Source: an uncultured Aliarcobacter sp.
GTDB lineage: Bacteria > Campylobacterota > Campylobacteria > Campylobacterales > Arcobacteraceae
NCBI GenBank assembly: GCA_963677435.1
Contig: OY781945.1
Span: forward strand, 2,784,001-2,848,000
Length of the DNA: 64,000 bases
Direction of reading: 5' to 3'
Shown: in pieces, positions 1-9,667 of the stretch
Layout of the letters: each line of letters starts with the position of its first letter
Position numbering within the stretch: position 1 is the stretch's first letter
Program-made: the position numbers and the translations under genes
Notes under the pieces: model-generated
Seen by the model: the letters and a program-made list of their open reading frames with translations, nothing else
The model's database searches: none
What the model was told of the DNA's origin: nothing

Positions 1-391
1 TGTGCAATCTAAGAACAAATTCGAAAAATTCTTTACCTTTAATTTGGGGTAAAACTTCTGCAGTATATGGATTTACATAATAATTTATTCCTCTTCTTGC
101 TTCTTTTCCTTCCCCTGCAATATTTATAATAGTAGATGCTGTTTCATCTGTTGAAAATGAGACGCTATTTATCTTCGCTTTAGGATTAGTAGCTTGAAAT
201 TTTTCTAATAACTCTTTTGTAGAAAGTTTTGCTTCATCTGGAACTGATACTACAAAAGTATCTTTATTTATAAATTTTATAATCTCTTTTTCAAAAGATA
301 ATGTAGCTCCACTAATTCCAACAACTAAAAGCACAATTCCAGCTGTAATTCCTAAAATCCAATGAATTTTAAACCATATTTTTTTATGCAA
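1..391 (-). CDS. PepSY-associated TM helix domain protein, N-terminal part (runs off the window start)
   Basis: Not in the ORF track. My translation from TTG at 391 (RBS AGGAG at 399-403) gives MHKKIWFKIHWILGITAGIVLLVVGISGATLSFEKEI..., the HxxxG...SG N-terminus typical of PepSY_TM/PiuB-like proteins. Confidence 0.85.
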   Translation of the reverse strand, partial: MHKKIWFKIHWILGITAGIVLLVVGISGATLSFEKEIIKFINKDTFVVSVPDEAKLSTKELLEKFQATNPKAKINSVSFSTDETASTIINIAGEGKEARRGINYYVNPYTAEVLPQIKGKEFFEFVLRLH

Positions 392-455
392 AATCTTGCT
401 CCTTTTTAATTTAGGGAATTTTAACAGATAAATTTTAACAATATCTTAACGAAAT

Positions 456-470
456 TGATAATTGTTATTG
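456..470. promoter_or_regulatory. Fur-box-like site
   Basis: TGATAAT-T-GTTATTG versus 7-1-7 consensus TGATAAT-n-ATTATCA, upstream of the PepSY gene. Confidence 0.5.
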
Positions 471-511
471 AATTTAAAAACAAGTAGTGTTACTACTCAT
501 TTTTAAGTTTT

Positions 512-2506
512 TTAGAAAGTTAAATTCATAGAAAAGCTATATCTTCTTCCATCAAGAACTACATCATATCCATCTTCTGTAGTTACCTCTTTATTTGTAA
601 CATTATAAACACCAGATTTTAATTTTAATTTATCAGATACTTTATACACTAAACCTAAATCTGCAAAAGTATATGCTGGTTGTCGTTCCCCATCTGTATC
701 TCCAGAAGTTTTACTTCTATAATTTGCTTGTGTCCATAAATCTAATTTTTTAGTTAATTCTAAATCTAATCCTGCATTAAACATATGTTCTGAAACATCA
801 TTTAAAGGTTTCCCTTTATTTGTACCAGTTTTTTGTTCAGAATCAGTATATGTATAACTATGTCTATATGTTAAGTTTTCTAAAATATCATAATCAGTTG
901 TTAATTCTAAACCTTGAAACTCTACTTTATCAACATTTTCATAAGCTGTATAACCATATTGATGAGCAGCATAAGTAGTTCCTTTATATGTACAAGGAGT
1001 ATTTGGTTCACAAATTCTGCCTGTTCTTGCAATTTTATCGTCAAAGTCTGTTTGATAAACAACTAAACTACCTTTTAGTCCTAAATCAGAATTATCATAA
1101 GAAACACCCGTTTCATAGTTTAAACTTGTTTCTGGTGTTAAATCTGGATTTCCAATCATAACTCCACCTCTTGAAACTCCAGCAAAATCAGTTGCACTTT
1201 GTCTTAAAGAAGGCGCTTTATATCCACTTGTTACTCCACCTTTTAAACTCCAATTATCTGTTAAATGATAAACTAAATAGGCTTTTGGACTAAAATTATC
1301 ACCAAATTTCTCATTTTCATCATATCTTCCACTTAGTGTTAAATATAAATCCTCTGTAAGTCCCCATTCATCTTCCCCAAAAATCGACCATTGGTATCTT
1401 TTCATTTTAACAATTTCATCATTTAAAGAACTTGTTGCACCATCTTCTAAATTTTCTTCTTTATAGTTTACACCTAAAGATGTTTTATGAGAATCAAAAA
1501 AATAAGTACCTTGTGTATTTAAAGTTAAAGTATTAAATTTTATTCCATTTCCTGTATCTTCATTTACTCTACTTGGATTTTCCGCATCATCATAATTAAC
1601 ATATGAATTTAATAAAAATTTATCATATTTTAATTCATGTGTTGCAGAATAATTATTTTTTATTGATTTAAAATATGATTCATCAGAAGTGCTTGCTAAA
1701 CTTTTACCTGGAGTAAATTTTCTTTCTTGTTTAGAGTAAAGATATTCTAAACCTAAAGTATTGTATTCATCTGGTGTTAGAGTTAATTTTGTACCAAAAT
1801 TTTTTCTTTTAAATTCAGGATCACTTCCTGCACTTTTTACGCTATCTGCACCAAAATTACTTTCGTCACTATTTAAAAAAGATCCATTTAAAGATAAAGA
1901 TAATAAATCTTTTACTAAAGGTGCATTAATAAACATACTTGTTGAAATTGAGTCATTATTTACTTTATTTGAAGAATCAGCCATTATATATTCTGTTGAA
2001 ATACCAGCTTTAACTTCATTACTATTCTTTTTAGTAATAATATTTATAACTCCACCCATTGCATCAGAACCATATAAAGAAGAAGCAGGACCTCTTATAA
2101 CTTCAATTCTTTCAATATTTTCAAGAGATGGTAAAAAATTAATTTGTGTTCCAGCTAATGAACCATTTGGATTAAAAGCATCGTTTCCTTGCATTGGTTT
2201 TCCATCTATTAAAAATAGTGTATATTCAGCACCCATACCTCTCATCATTACTGATTGATTAGAACCACCACCTGAAATATTAACTCCAGGAATATTTTTT
2301 AATGCATCAGTAACATCAGTATATGATTTTTTTTCTAACTCTTCTTTTGTAATAACAGAAATTGTTGCAGCTGCATCTTTTATATTTTGTTCATAACCAG
2401 AAGCTGATGTAACCGTAACTTCATCTAAATTTGTAGTATTATCAGCAAGTAAGGCAGCATTAGCAAGTAACAATGTTGCTGATATTTTAGTAATACTAAT
2501 TTTCAT
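512..2506 (-). CDS. TonB-dependent receptor, CirA/IrgA/CfrA-like ferric-siderophore receptor
   Basis: Signal peptide, TonB box (DEVTVTSA), plug motif IERIEVIRGPASSLYGSDAMGGVINIITK, YKAP...GNPDLTPE, C-terminal Phe. Confidence 0.92.
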   Translation of the reverse strand: MKISITKISATLLLANAALLADNTTNLDEVTVTSASGYEQNIKDAAATISVITKEELEKKSYTDVTDALKNIPGVNISGGGSNQSVMMRGMGAEYTLFLIDGKPMQGNDAFNPNGSLAGTQINFLPSLENIERIEVIRGPASSLYGSDAMGGVINIITKKNSNEVKAGISTEYIMADSSNKVNNDSISTSMFINAPLVKDLLSLSLNGSFLNSDESNFGADSVKSAGSDPEFKRKNFGTKLTLTPDEYNTLGLEYLYSKQERKFTPGKSLASTSDESYFKSIKNNYSATHELKYDKFLLNSYVNYDDAENPSRVNEDTGNGIKFNTLTLNTQGTYFFDSHKTSLGVNYKEENLEDGATSSLNDEIVKMKRYQWSIFGEDEWGLTEDLYLTLSGRYDENEKFGDNFSPKAYLVYHLTDNWSLKGGVTSGYKAPSLRQSATDFAGVSRGGVMIGNPDLTPETSLNYETGVSYDNSDLGLKGSLVVYQTDFDDKIARTGRICEPNTPCTYKGTTYAAHQYGYTAYENVDKVEFQGLELTTDYDILENLTYRHSYTYTDSEQKTGTNKGKPLNDVSEHMFNAGLDLELTKKLDLWTQANYRSKTSGDTDGERQPAYTFADLGLVYKVSDKLKLKSGVYNVTNKEVTTEDGYDVVLDGRRYSFSMNLTF

Positions 2507-2535
2507 ATTTTTTCCTTGTAAGTAAAATAAAATAT

Positions 2536-2580
2536 TTGGCTGGCTATTTGTAGAAGAACTTACTTTTGCTGGCTATTTGT
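2536..2580 (-). promoter_or_regulatory. 5'UTR direct-repeat element (TAGCCAGC x2), putative HemP/HmuP-responsive element
   Basis: GCTGGCTA at 2539 and 2568 on the + strand; 37/41 identical to 9479-9519. Confidence 0.7.
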
Positions 2581-2634
2581 TTTTTAATAACTTTTGAAAT
2601 CATATCTTGGAGAAATGATTTAAAAATGACATTT

Positions 2635-2649
2635 TGATAATAACTATTA
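2635..2649. promoter_or_regulatory. Fur-box-like site
   Basis: TGATAAT-A-ACTATTA between the divergent TBDR and response regulator. Confidence 0.6.
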
Positions 2650-2721
2650 TAATTGAAACTATATTTAAAGAAAATTTAATTATAATCCTTACTTGTTATA
2701 CATATAAAAAGGAATATAAAT

Positions 2722-3462
2722 TTGTCAACTAACTTGTGTTCAAAGAAAAATTTTGATATTTTAATTGTGGAAGATGAACCAATTTTAGCTATGGCTATGG
2801 AACTAAAACTTCAAAAATTAGGATTTGGGGTAAGTGGCATTGCCACAACTCCTAATAATGCAATTTTACATACAAATAATTATTACCCAGACCTTGCAAT
2901 AATTGACATTAATTTAAATGCTTCAAAAACAGGTATAGATGTAGCAACATATATTTGGAAAAATTTCAATATTCCAATTATTTTTTTAACTTCACATTAT
3001 GATGACAAAATTTTAAAACAAGCTATGGAAGCAGAACCTTATGCATACTTAATAAAACCCTGCAGAAATGAAGAACTAAAAGTTGCTATAAATACAGCTA
3101 TGCACAAACATCAATTCTTTTTTAAAAATAAAGAATTATTAAAAACTCCAAAAAATAAATTTATCTATTTGAGTGAAAATATTAAATTAGATACTATTCA
3201 ATTAGAACTTTTCATTGATGAAAAATTATTTACTCTAACAAAAACAGAAAAAAAACTATTTGAGATATTGACACTGAATCCTGGAAAAGTTGTGAGTTTT
3301 GATACTATTTTTAATTTTATATATAGGGAAGATGTTTATGATTTATCAAAATTAAGATCATTACTATATAGAATAAAAAACAAACTCAACTTCAATCCCT
3401 TTGAAAACTTATATGAAGAAGGTTATAGATTAAGAATTGTAAATACTGATGAAAATATTTAG
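2722..3462 (+). CDS. Response regulator (REC plus winged-helix DNA-binding domain)
   Basis: ILIVEDE, DLAIIDI (phospho-Asp), YLIKP; C-terminal LTKTEKKLFEIL...LRSLLYRIKNKL...EGYRL. Confidence 0.9.
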   Translation: MSTNLCSKKNFDILIVEDEPILAMAMELKLQKLGFGVSGIATTPNNAILHTNNYYPDLAIIDINLNASKTGIDVATYIWKNFNIPIIFLTSHYDDKILKQAMEAEPYAYLIKPCRNEELKVAINTAMHKHQFFFKNKELLKTPKNKFIYLSENIKLDTIQLELFIDEKLFTLTKTEKKLFEILTLNPGKVVSFDTIFNFIYREDVYDLSKLRSLLYRIKNKLNFNPFENLYEEGYRLRIVNTDENI

Positions 3463-5302
3463 ATTAAAAAATTACTCTTTTACAACAAAAATTATTCTAA
3501 CTTTTTTTATTTTTGTATCAATTTTCATGTCAATAAGATTTATTTTAATAATACCAAAAATCGAACAAGAGTCCTTAAATCAAGAGATAAGTTATATTAA
3601 TAGATTTTTAATAATCACTAAAAAACAACTAAAAATTGTGACTGATGTATTAGAAATGCAGTTAACTTTTCAAGAAAAAATCAGAAAAGAAGAAATCGAA
3701 AACGAAATTAAAAAATTAGATATGAAATCTAATCAACTGAGTAAACAAGAGCTAATAAATTTAATAAAAACTAATCCAATAATCAACTCTTGTTCATATA
3801 CTATTTCAAGTAATGATTTTTATTTTGAGAAAATAAATAAGGATAGAAGAGGAGAAATTGATAACTTTTTTTATAAAAATAATTCTAATGTTTTAAATCA
3901 ATGGACAAAAGAAGAAATAGAAAGCGGCTCAAACAAATTTATACAAAGTGATTACTCTTTTTATAATTATTTAAATACTCAAAAAGAATTAAATTTATCA
4001 ATACAATGTAGTAAAATAGATTTTAATACAAACTATGGAAATTTAAGTAAAAGTATAAAAGATAATATCAATGCTAATTTATTACTTAATACTAGTATTG
4101 AAACTACAAGAATATCTCTTTTTTGGGTAAATCAAAATTTAGATATTAATTCAAATGAAATTTTAAGTGAAGAGGATATTAAAAAAAGAAAAGAAAAATA
4201 TATTCTAAGTAATTTATCAAATGTTAAAAATATATCTACTGGAAATTTGACAATAAAAGAGATTTTTGAAGCAAGGGATAAAAAACCAATTGAACATAAA
4301 TTAGATGGTGAAACTCTTCTTTCATGGATTGTTGATTTAAGTTATAACAATAACTATTTTTTACTTGTTTATTCAATTAATAAAAAAGAGTTAGAAAATA
4401 AAAGTCGTGCAATGATATTTTTCTTATTACCCGAGATTTTCGCTATGGGAATTAGTTTTATTTTGATGTTATTTTTATTTAGAAGAATGTTAAAAGATGT
4501 TGATACCTTAACAAAAACAGCAATAAAAGCGAATCAAGGAATTAAAAATATAAGAAGTAATGTAAAAGGAGATGATGATATAGGAATTTTGGGTCGTTCT
4601 TTTGATTCAATGTTAGATTTTTTTGAAAATAGTATTAAAACTTTAGATAAAAAAGTTGAGGAAAAAACAAAAGAAATTTCTAAATCCTTAGAAGAAAAAG
4701 AGATTTTATTAAAAGAAATTCACCATAGAGTTAAAAATAATCTTGCTTTAACAATTAGTTTAATTGAGTTACAAGAAGAGGAAATTCAAGATGAAAAAGC
4801 AAAAAAAGTTCTTTTAAATATACAAGAAAGATTATATACCATGGAGCTTTTACATAGAAAACTTTATGAATCAACAAACCTAAATAAAATTTCTTTAAAA
4901 AGTTATATTACAGATTTAGTTCAAACTATTGCAAAAACATATATTAAAGAAAATGAAATTGATATAAAAATAAATATTGAAGATGTAAATTTAAACATTG
5001 AAACAGCTATGCCTTATGGATTGATTTTAAATGAACTTCTTACAAATGCTTTTAAATATGCTTTTAAAAATCAGAAAAATCCAACTCTTATAATAGATAT
5101 TTCAAAAAGTGAAGATGACAAAATTTTATTTATAGTTAAAGATAATGGAGAAGGATTAAAAAAAGAGTTTTCTAAAATTTCAAATGAAACTTTAGGATTA
5201 AGGCTTATTAGTATGATTGTAAAATACCAACTTATGGGAGAAATATTTTATGAGTATGAGAATGGTGCAAAATTTATAATTGAAGGGAAGATAAATAATT
5301 AG
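3449..5302 (+). CDS. Sensor histidine kinase, HisKA_2 family, with periplasmic sensor and HAMP
   Basis: Two TM segments, HAMP (DDIGILGRSFDSM), EIHHRVKNNL H-box, NELLTNAFKYAF N-box, DNGEG. Confidence 0.92.
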   Translation: MKIFRLKNYSFTTKIILTFFIFVSIFMSIRFILIIPKIEQESLNQEISYINRFLIITKKQLKIVTDVLEMQLTFQEKIRKEEIENEIKKLDMKSNQLSKQELINLIKTNPIINSCSYTISSNDFYFEKINKDRRGEIDNFFYKNNSNVLNQWTKEEIESGSNKFIQSDYSFYNYLNTQKELNLSIQCSKIDFNTNYGNLSKSIKDNINANLLLNTSIETTRISLFWVNQNLDINSNEILSEEDIKKRKEKYILSNLSNVKNISTGNLTIKEIFEARDKKPIEHKLDGETLLSWIVDLSYNNNYFLLVYSINKKELENKSRAMIFFLLPEIFAMGISFILMLFLFRRMLKDVDTLTKTAIKANQGIKNIRSNVKGDDDIGILGRSFDSMLDFFENSIKTLDKKVEEKTKEISKSLEEKEILLKEIHHRVKNNLALTISLIELQEEEIQDEKAKKVLLNIQERLYTMELLHRKLYESTNLNKISLKSYITDLVQTIAKTYIKENEIDIKINIEDVNLNIETAMPYGLILNELLTNAFKYAFKNQKNPTLIIDISKSEDDKILFIVKDNGEGLKKEFSKISNETLGLRLISMIVKYQLMGEIFYEYENGAKFIIEGKINN

Positions 5303-5303
5303 A

Positions 5304-6392
5304 TTAAAATATTATGTTTTTTATTTTAACTTCTTCTATATTTTTACAACCTGTAAATATCATAGAGACTTCAAGTTCCTCTTTTAAAATCTTTAAAGTA
5401 TGTGCAACACCTAAAGCTCCGGCTGTTGCCAAACCATACATTATAGGTCTGCCAATCATAACTGCACTTGCACCTAGTGCAATAGCTTTTATAACATCTG
5501 TTCCTCTTTTTATTCCACCATCAAATAAAATTGGAATTTTTCCATTTATAACCTTTGCTATTTTTGGCAATATTTCTATTGATGAGGGAAGAGTATCTAT
5601 GGTTCTACCTCCATGATTTGAAACTATGATTGCATCAACTTTTAGTTCAAGGGCTTTTTTGGCTGAATTTACAGAAGTTATTCCTTTTAAAATAACAGGA
5701 AGTTTTGTATTGTTTTTGATAAATTCTATATCTTTCCAAGTTGGAAGAATATTTGTTATATCTAAGATATTTTCAAAATTACTTGTTGTTTGAAGAGGAT
5801 TATTTATATTTACAGCACATATCTCTTTTGGCAAAAAAAATCCAGCTCTTTGTTCAACATTTCTAATACCACTAATTGGAGCATCTATGGTAATAACTAA
5901 AGCTTTGAAGCCTAAGTTTTCAGCTTTTCTTATAAGTTCAAGATTTATTTTCATCTCGGGTTGAATATATAACTGAAACCAAAGAGGTGAACTTGTAGTG
6001 CTTGAAATATCTTCTAAAGTTGAGCTTGAAAATGAACTAACGCACATACAAGTTTTCATAGCATTTGCAGCTTGGGCTGTTGCTATTTCGCCATTTAAAT
6101 CTACTAATTTTTGATAGGCAACTGGTGCTAAAAAAATAGGAGTTTCATAAGTTTGTCCAAACAGTTCTATTTTTGTATTTGCACCATTTAAATCTTCTAA
6201 AGTATTTGTTTCTAAAAAAATATTCGAAAAAGCCTCTTCATTTCTTCTAAAAGTTACCTCATCCCCTGCTCCACTACAAACATAAGCTAAAGAGTTTAAA
6301 TCCATTCTCTCTTTTGCATATCGTTCATAATCTTTAAGTGATACCAAATCATTTGGGATGAAATTTAGTTTTTCGCTCAAAGCTCTGCCCAC
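5304..6392 (-). CDS. FMN-dependent alpha-hydroxy acid oxidase/dehydrogenase (LldD/glycolate oxidase family)
   Basis: PLWFQLY, PVILKGI, VSNHGGR, DGGIKRGTDVIKAIALGA. Start may be TTG at 6380, overlapping the piuC stop. Confidence 0.9.
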   Translation of the reverse strand: MGRALSEKLNFIPNDLVSLKDYERYAKERMDLNSLAYVCSGAGDEVTFRRNEEAFSNIFLETNTLEDLNGANTKIELFGQTYETPIFLAPVAYQKLVDLNGEIATAQAANAMKTCMCVSSFSSSTLEDISSTTSSPLWFQLYIQPEMKINLELIRKAENLGFKALVITIDAPISGIRNVEQRAGFFLPKEICAVNINNPLQTTSNFENILDITNILPTWKDIEFIKNNTKLPVILKGITSVNSAKKALELKVDAIIVSNHGGRTIDTLPSSIEILPKIAKVINGKIPILFDGGIKRGTDVIKAIALGASAVMIGRPIMYGLATAGALGVAHTLKILKEELEVSMIFTGCKNIEEVKIKNIIF

Positions 6393-7057
6393 TCTTGAAG
6401 TAGTTTATGATAATGAATTGATAAATTTACAGCTTCTGGTGTTTCTCCATATTTTGCTCTTAAACTTTGAATTGTATTATCAAGTTCAAATAAAATACTT
6501 CTTTTCCAAGCACTTCTAATCATACTTTGAATCCACATAAAGCTAACCATTCTAACGCCTTTTGTAACTGGTTCAACTCTGTGTAAAGAAGTAGATGGAT
6601 AAAGAAGTAAATCCCCTGCTGGAAGTTTTACTTCGTGGGTTCCAAAAGTATCAACAATAACCATTTCACCACCTTCATATTCTTCTGGGTCAGTGAAAAA
6701 AAGTGAACATGAAATATCTGTACGAAAGTTTTTGCCAACAGTTGTATCATATAAAATTGAGTTATCAACATGATTCCCATAAGCACCACTATTTTCATAT
6801 CTATTTACAAATGGAGAAATTATATGATTTGGTAAGGCAGCTGATACAAATAGAGGATTTGCTTTTAAACAAGAAGTTATAATTTCTCTTAAATATTTTA
6901 ACAAAGGATCAGTTTCAGCTAATTGTAGATTACTTTTTACATTAACAGCTTGTGAACCAGCTGTTAGTTTTCCATCTATCCAAGAAGCTTTTTCTAAGAG
7001 TTTTCGACACTCAATTAATTGGTCTTTTGTTAATACATTTGGTATATGTAGAAGCAT
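6377..7057 (-). CDS. piuC: PKHD-type Fe(II)/2-oxoglutarate hydroxylase PiuC/YbiX
   Basis: MLLHIPNVLT, WIDGKLTAG, HVDN, YEGGE, LYPSTSLHRVEPVTKGVR, YHKLLQEWAE. Confidence 0.92.
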   Translation of the reverse strand: MLLHIPNVLTKDQLIECRKLLEKASWIDGKLTAGSQAVNVKSNLQLAETDPLLKYLREIITSCLKANPLFVSAALPNHIISPFVNRYENSGAYGNHVDNSILYDTTVGKNFRTDISCSLFFTDPEEYEGGEMVIVDTFGTHEVKLPAGDLLLYPSTSLHRVEPVTKGVRMVSFMWIQSMIRSAWKRSILFELDNTIQSLRAKYGETPEAVNLSIHYHKLLQEWAEL

Positions 7058-7079
7058 TTTTCATTTCCCTTTTATAAAT

Positions 7080-7103
7080 TTAGTCCCTTAAAAAAGGGAC
7101 TAA
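7080..7103. terminator. Stem-loop between TBDR and piuC
   Basis: TTAGTCCCTT-AAAA-AAGGGACTAA. Confidence 0.6.
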
Positions 7104-7109
7104 TCTTTT

Positions 7110-9383
7110 CTAAAATTTATAACTATATGTTAATAAACCAGATCTAGCTGCACCTGGTGTGTATCTAAATCCATCTTTGTTTGTATTTGCAACATACTCT
7201 TCATCAGCTAAATTATAAACATTTAATTGTAATGAAGAATGTTTATCAATTTTATATGAAGCCATTGCATCAAATACTATATAATCATCAATTTTTGTTA
7301 ATCTTCCATCAACTGGAGTTGTTTGTCCTGACTTAGTAGAAGAAACATTTTGTTCTCCCATATAAGTAGCTCCTAAACCAAGAGTAAATGCAGGTGTAAA
7401 GCTGTAAGTTGTCCACATAGTTGCACTCCAATCAGGTGTAAATCTTAAAGCAGCGCCATCATCAGTACCTCCTTTACTTTTTACATCTGTTTTATCTTTT
7501 GAAATTCCAGCTGTGATTGCTAACTTATCAGTTACTTGTCCAACTACACCTAATTCTATTCCTTTTACTTCTTTTTCACCCTCTTGAGTATAAGTTCCAT
7601 CACTTTCAGCTGTTACTTGATTTGATACTAAAGTTCTATAAATAGCTGATGTAAATGCAATTCTATCATCTAAGAAATTCCATTTTGTTCCTAACTCAGT
7701 TGTTGTAGATTCTTCTGGATCTTTATCTGGATTATCAATATTACTTGCACTTGTTGAGTAGCTAAGTGTATTTCCACCTGGCTGTAATTGTGAAGTTGCA
7801 TGTGAAATATATATACTTCCATTTTCAACTGGTTTATAAACTAACCCTGCTTTCCAACTTTTTAGTGTTCCACTCTCTTTTTCATCTACAAGAGAAGTAG
7901 TTGTAACTCCAGTAGTTCTTGAAGTTGATGTATTTGTACCACTTTGTTTTAATTCATATCTATCAACTCTTCCTCCACCAATAAGCATAAACTTATCATT
8001 TAAAGAAATAGAATCAAATAAATATGCACCAGCTGTTACAACTTCACCTTTTAGATTTTTAGGTCCCATTGATAAATCTACTCCAGATATTGATGCATTA
8101 TAATTTGGATTATAAACACTGATTCTATCTCCATCTCCTGCACTTTTATAGGCTTTTGAAGTTTTTGTCTCTTTTATTAATTCTAATCCCGTACTAATAC
8201 TATGAGTTGCGAAACCTGTTGCAAAACTTGATGAAAGATTTGTTTTATTTACTAAAACTTCATTCTCTTCCCATTTTTGATTTGTCATTCTTTGATAAGT
8301 CCAAGTACTTGAATCAGAAGGAGTTGCAAATACATTTGCAGCACTGTCAAATCTTAAAGCTTTTGTTAACATTTCTTGTTTTGTTTTTGTATATTTTGTA
8401 ACATTACTAAGTGTTGTTACAGGAGAAAAATCGTGTTCAAAAATTAAACTATAAACATCAGATGTTGCTTTTTCAAAATCAGAACTACTTCCATAAAAAT
8501 TTTTTGTATCAACTTTATTTGGGCTAATACCAGCAGCAGATAATGTTGAAAATGGCACATTATCCAATCCAATAGTTGGAATTCCTCCATCAGGAATATC
8601 ATCTTGTTCAAATCTTTCATAATTAATTGTAGTTCTAGTATCTGTACCAATTCCGAAACCTAATGAACCAGCAATTCCTGTTCTATCTATTTCAACAACA
8701 TCACGACCAGCTACATCACCTTCATGTTTCATAACATTTAATCTAAAACCAACCGTTTCAGATATTTTTTTGTTTAAATCAGCTGTAAGTCTTGCATTTT
8801 CACCTGTTCCATATGATGCTGTTACTTCACCTTCATCTTTATTTGTTGCCATTTTAGTTACTTGATTAATATATCCAGAAGAAACACCTCTTCCATTATC
8901 AGCACCAACTGCACCTTTTGTCACTTCAACAGCTTGAGTATTAAACATATCTTTTACAGAGTTTGAACTGTCTCTAACTCCATCTTTATAAATACTTGAT
9001 TGAGTATCAAAACCTCTCATCATAATATTATTTTTCAAGTCAGTGTTACCATTCTCACCCAAGTTTAAAGTAATTCCAGGAGTATTTCTTAAAGCTTCTT
9101 GTAGTGTTGTTGCTTGTTGCTCTTTTAATACTTTTTCTGTGATTACTTGTATAGTTTGTGGTGTATCAACTAAATCTTGTGTAATTTTTGCAGATGAAGA
9201 TTTATTTACTTTATAACTATTTGAATAATCTAAATCATCAACTTCAACAACATCAACTTTTTGTAAAACCGTTGATTCAGCTTGTAAAATAATTGGTGAT
9301 GTTAACAATACAGTTGCAGTTACAACAGATGCACCTAAATAATTTGCAGTTTTATGTTTCTTACTTGTAATATATTTATTCAA
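7110..9383 (-). CDS. TonB-dependent catecholate siderophore receptor, Fiu/PiuA-like
   Basis: DTPQTIQVI, LQEALRNTPGIT.NLGENG, GYINQVTK, RYTPGAARS...YKF; directly upstream of piuC as in fiu-ybiX/piuA-piuC. Confidence 0.9.
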   Translation of the reverse strand: MNKYITSKKHKTANYLGASVVTATVLLTSPIILQAESTVLQKVDVVEVDDLDYSNSYKVNKSSSAKITQDLVDTPQTIQVITEKVLKEQQATTLQEALRNTPGITLNLGENGNTDLKNNIMMRGFDTQSSIYKDGVRDSSNSVKDMFNTQAVEVTKGAVGADNGRGVSSGYINQVTKMATNKDEGEVTASYGTGENARLTADLNKKISETVGFRLNVMKHEGDVAGRDVVEIDRTGIAGSLGFGIGTDTRTTINYERFEQDDIPDGGIPTIGLDNVPFSTLSAAGISPNKVDTKNFYGSSSDFEKATSDVYSLIFEHDFSPVTTLSNVTKYTKTKQEMLTKALRFDSAANVFATPSDSSTWTYQRMTNQKWEENEVLVNKTNLSSSFATGFATHSISTGLELIKETKTSKAYKSAGDGDRISVYNPNYNASISGVDLSMGPKNLKGEVVTAGAYLFDSISLNDKFMLIGGGRVDRYELKQSGTNTSTSRTTGVTTTSLVDEKESGTLKSWKAGLVYKPVENGSIYISHATSQLQPGGNTLSYSTSASNIDNPDKDPEESTTTELGTKWNFLDDRIAFTSAIYRTLVSNQVTAESDGTYTQEGEKEVKGIELGVVGQVTDKLAITAGISKDKTDVKSKGGTDDGAALRFTPDWSATMWTTYSFTPAFTLGLGATYMGEQNVSSTKSGQTTPVDGRLTKIDDYIVFDAMASYKIDKHSSLQLNVYNLADEEYVANTNKDGFRYTPGAARSGLLTYSYKF

Positions 9384-9478
9384 TTTTATTCCTCCATGGA
9401 AAGTTTTATGATTATTAAATAAATTTATTTATTTAATACCAGCTGTCTCTAAAGTAAATTTATTACTTAACTTTAAAA

Positions 9479-9519
9479 TTGGCTGGCTATTTGTAGGAGA
9501 ACTTTACTATGGCTGGCTA
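9479..9519 (-). promoter_or_regulatory. Direct-repeat element (TAGCCAGC x2) between hemP and the TBDR
   Basis: GCTGGCTA at 9482 and 9512; near-identical copy at 2536-2575. Confidence 0.75.
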
Positions 9520-9532
9520 GATTTATTTGTAA

Positions 9533-9667
9533 TTATTTTGTCAGTATTAATTTATTCGCTTTTGTGATTTTTAGATAATAAGATTGCCCATCATGAATGA
9601 TTTCAATAGTTTTTTCATTATCAAAAATCTCTTTTGAATCTAATTGTTTATCTTTATTTTCTTTCAC
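9533..9667 (-). CDS. hemP: Hemin uptake protein HemP/HmuP (small regulator)
   Basis: Not in the ORF track. Translation MKENKDKQLDSKEIFDNEKTIEIIHDGQSYYLKITKANKLILTK* has the HemP signature (H.G..Y.L.IT...KLILTK). GTG start with AGGT RBS; alternative in-frame ATG at 9685. Confidence 0.9.
   Translation of the reverse strand: MKENKDKQLDSKEIFDNEKTIEIIHDGQSYYLKITKANKLILTK

Noticed and set aside
2536..2580. CRISPR-like array from the GCTGGCTA repeats
   Set aside because: Only two short units per site, the spacer is conserved between sites, and there are no cas genes.
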